Source: an uncultured Acidobacteriota bacterium
GTDB taxonomy: Bacteria > Acidobacteriota > Vicinamibacteria > Vicinamibacterales > CAVVIG01
Direction of reading: 5' to 3'
Length of the DNA stretch: 64,000 nucleotides
Assembly: GCA_963724695.1 (NCBI GenBank)
Contig: CAVRVW010000002.1
Coordinates: 76,868 to 140,867 of the forward strand
Of this stretch, positions 47,139-55,565 are shown one piece after another (position 1 is the stretch's first letter; the number at the start of each line of letters is the position of its first letter). The position numbers and the translations under genes are program-made. The notes under the pieces were generated by a model. That model did not search any database. It was not told where the DNA came from and was given only the letters and a program-made list of their open reading frames with translations.

Positions 47139-48647
47139 GTGATGCAGCCGACTTCGAGCGTTGATCCCCGGCCGTGCGCCCCGACCGGGGTGCCAGGCCT
47201 TGACGACATCCTCGCCGGAGGCTTTACGCGCCGGCGCCTCTACCTGATCGAAGGCAGGCCCGGGTCCGGGAAGACGACGCTCGCGATGCAGTTCCTGATG
47301 GACGGGGCGCGCCTCGGCGAGTCGGTGCTGTACATCACGCTCTCGGAAACCGAGGAGGAGCTCCGCGCCGTGGCGGTGTCCCATGGCTGGAACCTCGACG
47401 GCGTCGAGATCCGGGAGCTCGTGCCGGCGGAGGCTTCGCTCGATCCCGACGAACAGAACACGATGTTTCATCCGTCGGAGATCGAGCTCGCGTCGACGAT
47501 GAAGGCCTTTCTCACGGATGTGGAACGCCTGAAGCCGTCGCGCGTGGTCTTCGACTCCATGTCCGAGCTCCGCCTCCTCGCGGGGGCGGCCTTGCGGTAC
47601 CGCCGGCAGATTCTGGCGTTGAAGCAGTTTTTCTCGACAAGGGACTGCACGGTCCTGCTGCTCGACGACATGACGGCGACCGACCACGACCTGCAGATGC
47701 AGAGCATCGCGCACGGCGTCCTGCTGCTCGAGCAGCTCAACCCCGAATACGGCGCGGAGCGCCGCCGGCTGCGGGTCGTCAAGTACAGAGGCGTGAAGTT
47801 CCGCGGCGGATTCCACGACTACGTGATCTATCGCGGAGGAATCCACGTGTTCCCGCGCCTGGTGGCCGCTGAACACCGCCAGGAGACGACGCGCGCGAAG
47901 CTGCAGAGCGACATCCCCGCGCTCGACGCGCTGCTCGGCGGGGGCATCGAGGAAGGGACGAGCACGCTCATCGTCGGCGCCGCCGGCACGGGCAAGTCCA
48001 CGCTGGCGGCGCAGTTCGCCTCGGCCGCCGGGGACCGGGGACAGCGAGCGGCGCTCTTCATCTTCGACGAGAGCCCCGATACGCTGCTCACGCGCTGCGC
48101 TGGGTTGGGGGTCGATCTGCCCAAGCACATCGACTCCGGCGTGATCTCGGTGCAGCAGATCGACCCGGCGGAGCTGACGCCGGGCGAGTTCGTCCACGCC
48201 ATCCGCCAGGCGGTCGAGGCGGACAATGCCAAGATCGTCGTGATCGACAGCCTGAACGGCTACATGAACGCCATGCCGGAAGAACGGCACTTGATGATCC
48301 AGCTCCACGAGCTCCTGATGTTCCTCGGCCAGAAGAGCGTGGCGACGATGCTGATTGGCGCACACCAGGGCCTCATCGGCGCGCAGATGTCGACGCCCGT
48401 CGATGCCACGTACCTGGCAGACGCGGTCATCCTTCTCCGCTACTTCGAGAACAAGGGCGAAGTGCGGCAGGCCATCTCCGTGATGAAGAAACGGGGCAGC
48501 AGGCACGAGCGGACGCTGCGTGACTTCCGGCTCGACTCCGGGCGGATCACCGTGGGCGCACCGCTGCGGGAATTCAGCGGCGTGCTGACCGGGGTCCCCA
48601 GGTATGAGGGCCCCGCCGCGCTCCCGCGCAGCGACGAGGGCGTGTGA
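47139..48647 (+). CDS. KaiC-like double-domain ATPase
   Basis: AAGGAG RBS; two P-loops GRPGSGKT and GAAGTGKS; VFDS and VIDS; KYRG and KKRG. Confidence 0.92.
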   Translation: MMQPTSSVDPRPCAPTGVPGLDDILAGGFTRRRLYLIEGRPGSGKTTLAMQFLMDGARLGESVLYITLSETEEELRAVAVSHGWNLDGVEIRELVPAEASLDPDEQNTMFHPSEIELASTMKAFLTDVERLKPSRVVFDSMSELRLLAGAALRYRRQILALKQFFSTRDCTVLLLDDMTATDHDLQMQSIAHGVLLLEQLNPEYGAERRRLRVVKYRGVKFRGGFHDYVIYRGGIHVFPRLVAAEHRQETTRAKLQSDIPALDALLGGGIEEGTSTLIVGAAGTGKSTLAAQFASAAGDRGQRAALFIFDESPDTLLTRCAGLGVDLPKHIDSGVISVQQIDPAELTPGEFVHAIRQAVEADNAKIVVIDSLNGYMNAMPEERHLMIQLHELLMFLGQKSVATMLIGAHQGLIGAQMSTPVDATYLADAVILLRYFENKGEVRQAISVMKKRGSRHERTLRDFRLDSGRITVGAPLREFSGVLTGVPRYEGPAALPRSDEGV

Positions 48648-50204
48648 CGATTAGCGGAAACAACGACGGCCGGCTGCTGTTCCTGGCCGCGACGGCTCGG
48701 GACGCGGCGACAACCCAGGCCCTCCTCTCGCCGCTCGAAATCCGGCTGGACGTATGTCGAACGTTCGACGAGCTGCTTCGGGGTGTTCGGGAAGGCACCG
48801 GCGCAATCCTGGTGCCCGAAGAGGCGGCGACGCCCACAAACAATGCCGCGCTCGGAGCGTTGCTGGCGTTGCAGCCGCCCTGGTCGGACCTGCCGGTGCT
48901 GATACTGACGCGGCCTGGCGCCGACTCCTCCGAGTCCGGCGAGGCGGTACGGAGGCTGGGGAACGTGACGCTGCTCGAGCGCCCGCTCCGGGTGTCCACG
49001 TTGATGACCGCGGTGCGGACGGCGCTCAGGGCGCGTGAGCGTCAGTACCAGATTCGTGAACATCTCGAGCAACGCAGCCGGGCCGAAGAGTCGCTCCGCC
49101 TCGCCGATCGGCGAAAGGACGAGTTCCTGGCCACGCTCGGCCACGAGCTGCGAAACCCGCTGGCTCCGCTGCTGACTGCCGTTCAGCTGTTGAAAACGTC
49201 TGGAAGCGACGGTGCCGTGGTCAGCCGCGTCAGGCCGGTGATGGAGCGCCAGATCAGCCACCTCGTCAGGCTCGTGGACGATTTGCTCGAGGTTTCGCGC
49301 ATTACCCGAGGCCTCATCGAGGTCCAGCGCGAGCCGGTGGATCTGGCGTTCGTGCTGCACTCTGCCATCGACACCAGCCGGCCTGCGCTCGACGCCGCCG
49401 GACACCAGCTGACCGTGGACCTGCCGCCGGAGCCGATCATCGTGCACGGGGACAGCGTCCGGCTCACCCAGGTTTTTGCCAACCTCCTCAACAACTCGGC
49501 AAAGTACACACGGCCCGGGGGGCAGATCGGCATAAGCCTTCGAAAGGAAGGAAGCCGCGCCGTCGTCTCGGTCCGCGACAACGGCATCGGCATCCCCGCC
49601 GATCTGCTCGGTTCGGTCTTCGAGATGTTCACCCAGGTCGATCGCTCGAGCCGCCAGGCACAGGGCGGGCTGGGCATCGGCCTGACGCTGGTGCGAAGCC
49701 TGGTGACCATGCACGGCGGCACGGTGGAAGCCCGCAGCGAAGGCCCAGGGCGTGGCAGCGAGTTCATCACGGTTCTTCCGGTAATCGCGGTGGGCATCGC
49801 CAGGGCACAGGAGGCGCCAACCCAGGGGTTCTTTCCTCAGCGCCGGATTCTCATCGTGGACGACAACGTGGATGCGGCAGACACCCTCGGGGATCTATTC
49901 GATCGTCCTCGGTGCGACGGTCGAGGTCGTTCACGATGGGCGCAATGCGCTCGACGCCCTGGAGGCCTTCAAGCCCGACGCGGTGCTCCTGGACATCGGC
50001 ATGCCCGACATGGATGGATACGAAGTCGCCAGGCGCATCCGGGCGATACCGGCACAGCGCCACATCCTGCTGGTCGCACTCACGGGCTGGGGTCAAGAAC
50101 ACGATCAGCGTCGGTCGCGCGCCGCGGGCTTCGATCACCACGTGGTCAAACCGCCCGATGTCCAGCGGCTTCGCGAGCTGCTGACCGTGGGTGGGCCAGC
50201 TTGA
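48644..50204 (+). CDS. Hybrid histidine kinase/response regulator; frameshift near 49900
   Basis: DEFLATLGHELRNPL, NLLNNSAKY, DNGIG, GLGIGL; receiver LLDIGMP and KP; GTGA overlap with the KaiC-like gene. Confidence 0.9.
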
Positions 50205-50951
50205 TCAGAAGCGCCCGCGCACGCCCACCAGGAACGGCATTGTCCAGCGGGCACTCTTATCGTTGATGGTCTCGAGCCCGGTGCCCTGCAGGTCGTCCAC
50301 CTCCGACATGCCGCCGACGTACCGGATGCCGATCTGGCTGAAGACGCCCATCCTCGGCGACACATTCCAGAGCACGCCGACATTGCCACCGAGGGTAAAC
50401 GCTGCCGTCTGGTCGTAGAAATCCGTCGCGTCGAGCGTGAAATTGGCTTGTGGCGCGACCAGCACGACATCGGTCTTGTCGACAAATCCGATGCCGATCG
50501 TGCCCTCCGCGTACGGCCGCACGTTGCTGTTTGTTCGCCCATAACGTCTCATGCCCACGTCGAGGCCGAAACTCTGATAGTCGGAGTACTGGCCGTAGAG
50601 GCGGCTGGCGCCGTAGTCGCCCATGGTCGTGAGGTCTGCGTCGAGCGACTGGAAGGTGAAGGTGACCCGGGCTTCGGTCGACTCGTTGTAGCTGTACCCA
50701 CCGCCGAACCGGAGGTGCAGGCCGGTGCCGTACACGTCCTCGTAGCGGTTCTTCAAGATCACGACGGTCTGGTTGTTCAACGAGCCGATGGCGCTCGAGT
50801 TGATGTTGCCGCTGATGCTGTTATCCCACCCGATGCCGAACTCGACGTTCCACTTGTAGGCTGGCGGCTGCTGTGCCTGGGCCGTGGATGTCACAGAGAG
50901 GGCGGCCACGACCATCGTGGCTGTGCCGAGCGATCTGGCCGTCATTGGCAT
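50205..50951 (-). CDS. Outer-membrane beta-barrel protein
   Basis: Signal peptide ending AQA, alternating aromatic strands, terminal Phe (GVRGRF). Confidence 0.75.
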   Translation of the reverse strand: MPMTARSLGTATMVVAALSVTSTAQAQQPPAYKWNVEFGIGWDNSISGNINSSAIGSLNNQTVVILKNRYEDVYGTGLHLRFGGGYSYNESTEARVTFTFQSLDADLTTMGDYGASRLYGQYSDYQSFGLDVGMRRYGRTNSNVRPYAEGTIGIGFVDKTDVVLVAPQANFTLDATDFYDQTAAFTLGGNVGVLWNVSPRMGVFSQIGIRYVGGMSEVDDLQGTGLETINDKSARWTMPFLVGVRGRF

Positions 50952-51115
50952 GCGCCTGCCCTCAGCGCCGCGAGCAGCGAGCTGCCCGGTAGCGCCCGAA
51001 TGCGCGGCGGCCCTCATCATCATCACCAGCACGGCGTTCAGAATGAGGCGTGCGCTGACGAGGCCCACGGCGACCGACAGCGCGAACAATGCGGCGACCG
51101 CGATCGCGTCCATGG

Positions 51116-51268
51116 CTAGATGACCGGACGGCGTCCGTTCACGAAGTTCACCAGCATCAGCACCAGCGCGATCACGAGCAGCACGTGAACGAAGGCGCCG
51201 ATGGTGTAGGTCCCGACGACGCCGAGGAGCCACGCCAGCAGCAAAATGATCGCCAATGTCATCAACAT
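51116..51268 (-). CDS. lmo0937-family (DUF5670) small membrane protein, 50 aa
   Basis: Manual translation MLMTLAIILLLAWLLGVVGTYTIGAFVHVLLVIALVLMLVNFVNGRRPVI; GAGG RBS; below the ORF-track cutoff. Confidence 0.85.
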   Translation of the reverse strand: MLMTLAIILLLAWLLGVVGTYTIGAFVHVLLVIALVLMLVNFVNGRRPVI

Positions 51269-51332
51269 CACTGCACCTCAGAAGGCTGCACGCCTTCGAA
51301 ACCGGCCGCATCAGGGCGGCGTGCGTCGTCAG

Positions 51333-51348
51333 TGCAATTCGAGAGCCG
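51333..51348 (-). promoter_or_regulatory. Sigma-54 promoter upstream of the lmo0937-like gene
   Basis: Minus strand CGGCTCTCGAATTGCA. Confidence 0.6.
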
Positions 51349-51417
51349 TACCGTACCGGCTCGGCTGTAGCGCAGCCGATCGTGATGCGGCGATCTATGT
51401 TCGCGAAGGTATCTGGC

Positions 51418-51792
51418 CTAAAACCGCGGCAGGATGGGACGCACCTTCCAGCGCATGTAGGCCACGAAGGCGAGCAAGGCGAAGAGGACCGCCGTAATGA
51501 CCGCCGAACTGTGTTCGGCGCGTTGCACGTGTACTACCGTCGCGCCCACCATGATCGGCAGCAGGCACACCGCCGCCAGCGGGATCAGGCGAGGCATGAT
51601 CCGCGTGAGGCCCGGCAGCGTCAGCCCGACGGCCGCGAGGACTTCGGCCACGCCGAGGAAGAGGCGGAACGGCGTGCTCATCATCGCATTCATGGCTTCG
51701 ACCAGATCCGGTGGCGGGGCGAGCAGGAGCCAACCGTGCGCCGCAAAGGCCGCCGCGAGCGCGACCTGTAGCACCCATAACAGAGCGTTCAT
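51418..51792 (-). CDS. DoxX family membrane protein
   Basis: LWVLQVALA, FLGVAEVLAAVGL, IMVGATVVH. Confidence 0.85.
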   Translation of the reverse strand: MNALLWVLQVALAAAFAAHGWLLLAPPPDLVEAMNAMMSTPFRLFLGVAEVLAAVGLTLPGLTRIMPRLIPLAAVCLLPIMVGATVVHVQRAEHSSAVITAVLFALLAFVAYMRWKVRPILPRF

Positions 51793-51874
51793 CACTGGTC
51801 TCCTTTTCGCGAGACGAGATCCTCGAGCCGATCGTAGTCGATGCCAGCCAAAGTTGAGCTCTTCGGGAGGCCCT

Positions 51875-51890
51875 TGGTACAGCAAATGCT
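51875..51890 (+). promoter_or_regulatory. Sigma-54 promoter upstream of the small basic protein genes
   Basis: TGGTACAGCAAATGCT. Confidence 0.55.
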
Positions 51891-51944
51891 TCGGGCGATG
51901 AGAAGGCAGAGCTCGCGACGCCTGCTCGGGAAGGGGGACGTTGG

Positions 51945-52172
51945 ATGGCGAAGTACGGAGAGTCGGCTTCCAAGACTGTGGCGTCCGCAATGCGCCGGCG
52001 CAAGAGGGGCACGCTCAAGAGCGGGTCCGGCCAGCGGGTCACGAGCCGCAAGCAGGCCATCGCCATCGGCCTGAGCGAGGCGAGAGAGAAGGGCGCCAAA
52101 GTGCCTCGGAAACAGACGGCCAGAAAGCGCAGCCGCTCAGTTCCCGCCGCCGGCGGGGGTGAAGGACGCTGA
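51945..52172 (+). CDS. Small basic protein, DUF6496-like
   Basis: GTLKSGSG and SRKQAIAIGLSEAR. Confidence 0.8.
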   Translation: MAKYGESASKTVASAMRRRKRGTLKSGSGQRVTSRKQAIAIGLSEAREKGAKVPRKQTARKRSRSVPAAGGGEGR

Positions 52173-52198
52173 TGTCCGATCGCCATCCGTGACCGTTC

Positions 52199-52417
52199 AT
52201 GCCATTCAAGAGCCGGGCTCAGCGGCGCAAGTTCGCCCAGTTGCTCGTCGAGGGGAAGATCTCTGACGAAACCTACGAGGAGTGGAACCGGTCGACCGGC
52301 CGCAAGAAGCTGCCCGAGCGCGTGACACCGGTTGCACGCCGGAAGAAGGTGGCGGCCCGGAAAACCAGGAGGCCCGCGCGGCGGCGAACATCCGGCCGGA
52401 CATCCCGCCGGAAGTAA
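52199..52417 (+). CDS. Small basic hypothetical protein
   Basis: MPFKSRAQRRKF, EEWN, LPERV, Arg/Lys tail. Confidence 0.7.
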   Translation: MPFKSRAQRRKFAQLLVEGKISDETYEEWNRSTGRKKLPERVTPVARRKKVAARKTRRPARRRTSGRTSRRK

Positions 52418-52458
52418 AGGTCGACAAGGCGTGCCCAGTGGCCTGCCCGGAGAGTGTG

Positions 52459-52878
52459 ATGACATCATCAGAAGTCCCCGGCGCTCTCCTCGTGCAGTTG
52501 ATCTGGCTGTTCGTGCTGGCCCTTCCGGTGGCCTCGATTGCCTGGACGGTCACCCACGAAGAAATCCTCCGCGAGCCCCGCGAATTCTGCGCGCTGCGAA
52601 GCCAGCGCGGAACGTCGCTTCTCGGGCGCAAGTTCTTCTATGTGTTCACGTGCGAGTACTGCTTCAGCCACTACGTCGTGGCGCTGGTTCTCGCGTTGAC
52701 GGGTTACCGATTGCTCCTGGACGACTGGCGGGGATACGTCATCAGCTTCTTCGCGCTGGCCGGCATGGCCAACGTCTATCTCAGCCTGTTCGGACGGCTG
52801 CGCGTCGAGATCAAGTCCGAGCGGCTCGACGTGGCCGCCAAGCAGGAGATGGTGCCCGCTGCTGAGGTTCCACGCTGA
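52459..52878 (+). CDS. Hypothetical membrane protein with CxxC
   Basis: WTVTHEE and FTCEYCFSHY; about three TM helices. Confidence 0.7.
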   Translation: MTSSEVPGALLVQLIWLFVLALPVASIAWTVTHEEILREPREFCALRSQRGTSLLGRKFFYVFTCEYCFSHYVVALVLALTGYRLLLDDWRGYVISFFALAGMANVYLSLFGRLRVEIKSERLDVAAKQEMVPAAEVPR

Positions 52879-53009
52879 CTGGGGCTTGTGGTTCCCATTC
52901 CCCACCCTCGCACCAGCGTTTGCCAATTCGTTGCACCCGGATGCCAGCCAGAGCGCATGCCGCCGGCCCGTGTCCAGCCTCTGCACTCCGGACCAGGACG
53001 CCAAAAGAA

Positions 53010-53025
53010 TGGCGACGTGCTTGCT
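53010..53025 (+). promoter_or_regulatory. Sigma-54 promoter upstream of the FAD/Rieske gene
   Basis: TGGCGACGTGCTTGCT, 12 nt before ATG 53038. Confidence 0.65.
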
Positions 53026-53037
53026 TTACGGTCGAAC

Positions 53038-54562
53038 ATGCCTCCCCATGCGACTGAGCGCCAGACGACACCGTACTGGGAATCCAGCTCGATGCCGAGG
53101 TTCCCGCGAATCGAGAGCGACCTCCGCGTCGACGTCGCCGTGGTCGGCGGCGGCCTGACCGGGCTGACGGCCGCGTACCTGCTGACGAGGGCCGGGCTCA
53201 CTGTGGCTCTCCTGGAGCGAGGGCGGTGCGGCACGGTGGACACGGGCCACACGACCGCGCACCTGACCATGGTGACGGACACCGGTCTGGCAGAACTGGT
53301 CAAGCGCTTTGGCCCTGACCACGCCCAGGCGGCGTGGGACGCCGGTCTCGCAGCGATGTCGCAGATCGACGAGACGATCCGTGAACACGAGATCGATTGC
53401 GGCTTCGAGTGGGTCGACGGGTATCTGCATCAGCCCCTCGGTGAAGACGGCGACGCCGGCGCGGCGATGCTTCGGGACGAGGCGGCCGCCGCAATCGAGC
53501 TTGGATTCGACGCGAGCTACGTGAGCGACGTGCCGTGGCTTGGCGGACCGGGCGTTCGATTCGACAACCAGGCGAGGTTCGATCCGCGGCGCTATCTGGC
53601 GGGCCTAGCCGCGCACCTCACCAGGCGCGGCCAGATCTTTGAGCTGAGCGACGTCGAGGCGTTCTCGGCCTCGCCGCTCTCCGTGAAGGCCAACGGGTCC
53701 ACCGTCTACTGCGGCGACATCATCGTCGCGACCCACAACCCCGCCGCCGGGCTCGCCGGCCTCCTCGACGCGAGCCTCTTCCAGACCAAGCTCGCTCTGT
53801 ACACGAGTTACGTGGTCGCCGGAAGCGTGCGCAAGGGCGCGGTGCCCGACGCGCTGTTCTGGGACACGTCACGCCCGTACCGCTATATGCGGATCGAGAA
53901 GCAGCAGGGGCAGGATCTGGTGATTCTCGGCGGCGAGGATCACAAGACCGGACAGGTGGCCGACACGTCCGCGTGTTACCAGCGGCTCGAGCACACCCTG
54001 AAGCAGATGCTCGATCGTGTCGAGTTGAGCCACCGGTGGTCGGGCCAGGTCATCGAGACGCCGGACGGCCTGCCGTACATCGGCCGCACCGCGGATCATC
54101 AGGTACAGCGCGACCGGCTTCGGCGGCAACGGGATGACGTTCGGCACGCTGGGCGCGATGATGGCCGTGGACGCCATTCTCGGCAGGGCCAATCCCTGGA
54201 CCGATCTCTTCGACCCGTCGCGCAAGGCGCTGGCCCGCGGGCTGTGGCGATACGTCAGGGAGAACGCGGACTATCCCTACTACATGATTCGCGATCGGTT
54301 TGCGGGTCCCGAGGCGCGGGACCTGCGATCGGTCAGGCGAGGGCAGGGGAAGATCCTCGATCGCAACGGCACCAAGGTCGCCGCCTATCGAGACATCTCG
54401 GGCGCCACCATTTTGAGGTCGGCCACGTGCCCGCATCTTGGCTGTCTCGTGGCGTGGAACGACGCCGAGCGCACGTGGGACTGCCCCTGTCACGGCTCCC
54501 GGTTCACTCCCGAAGGAGATGTGATCGCGGGGCCGGCCGAATCCCCGCTGCCGGATCCTTAG
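53038..54562 (+). CDS. FAD-dependent oxidoreductase with C-terminal Rieske domain (YhfW-like); frameshift near 54100
   Basis: VGGGLTG, TGHTTAH, GGEDH, DGLPYIG; CPHLGC and WDCPCHGSRF. Confidence 0.9.
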
Positions 54563-54569
54563 ACCGACA

Positions 54570-55100
54570 ATGGAGCAGACCATTGCGGAACTGCCGAGCC
54601 TGGAACAGCTGGCGCGCGTCGCCTCCCGCCTTCTGGCGGCTGCTGTGCTTGGCGGTCTGGTCGGCGCCGAGCGGGAATGGGTCGGGCGGGCGGCCGGCCT
54701 TCGGACGCACATGGTGGTCGCGCTCGGCTCAGCCGTCTTCGTCCTCATCCCGGTCGAAACAGGGGCAAGCAGGGACAGCGTGACGGCAGTGATCCAGGGC
54801 GTTGCCACGGGCGTCGGCTTCATCGGCGCGGGCACGATTCTCAAAGCTGCGGATCAACGCGAGGTCCAGGGCCTGACGACGGCAGCCACCATCTGGATGA
54901 CCGGTGCGCTCGGCATCGCTGCCGGGATTGGACACTGGTGGCTTGCGGCTGTCGGCGTGGCGATCGCATGGGCGATCCTGACGGTGTTGACCGGCCTCTC
55001 GCGCCGGCTCCAGGCCAAAGCCGACGCTCAGAGTCTCGCTCTGGTGAGGGAGCCTGCTCCGCGAGCGCGTACGGACAGCGACCGCGGATCCGCCGGTTGA
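54570..55100 (+). CDS. MgtC/SapB family protein
   Basis: ERE, AGLRTH, GVGFIGAG, GLTTAATIW. Confidence 0.92.
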   Translation: MEQTIAELPSLEQLARVASRLLAAAVLGGLVGAEREWVGRAAGLRTHMVVALGSAVFVLIPVETGASRDSVTAVIQGVATGVGFIGAGTILKAADQREVQGLTTAATIWMTGALGIAAGIGHWWLAAVGVAIAWAILTVLTGLSRRLQAKADAQSLALVREPAPRARTDSDRGSAG

Positions 55101-55211
55101 ACCATTTCGCGATAACGTTCGATCGAGGTCACATCCAGGTTTCGCGCGGCCCACTCGGAGCCGTCGGAGAGGCTTGCCTCGGCCAGTGGCATGGCTATAG
55201 CATGTATGGCT

Positions 55212-55565
55212 ATGACAGATATCGATGCGCGTGTGCTCGATCGGGAGCTGAAGAAGGGGTCGGCGGAACTTATCCTCCTCTCGATCGTCGAATCACGTGC
55301 GCGCCATGGATACGAGATCAGCAAGCTCATCGAGGCGCGGTCGGGCGGGCGGCTCAAGTTTCACGTGGCCTCGTTGTATCCGCTGCTCTACCGGCTCGAA
55401 GAACGCGGCTGGCTGCAGGGCCGCTGGGTGGAGAAGGCCGGCGAGCGCCGCCGCCGGTTCTACAGCCTCACGGCCGAAGGCCGCCGTGTGCTGACGCGTC
55501 AGCGCCAAACCTGGAAGAACTTCGTCCGCGCGATGGGCCTTGTCACCGGAGTGGACCATGCCTGA
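55212..55565 (+). CDS. PadR family transcriptional regulator
   Basis: [28 protein letters not shown]. Confidence 0.92.
   Translation: MTDIDARVLDRELKKGSAELILLSIVESRARHGYEISKLIEARSGGRLKFHVASLYPLLYRLEERGWLQGRWVEKAGERRRRFYSLTAEGRRVLTRQRQTWKNFVRAMGLVTGVDHA

Noticed and set aside
47139-48647. Circadian clock
   Set aside because: No kaiA or kaiB in the window, and the canonical ST phosphosites are not conserved.
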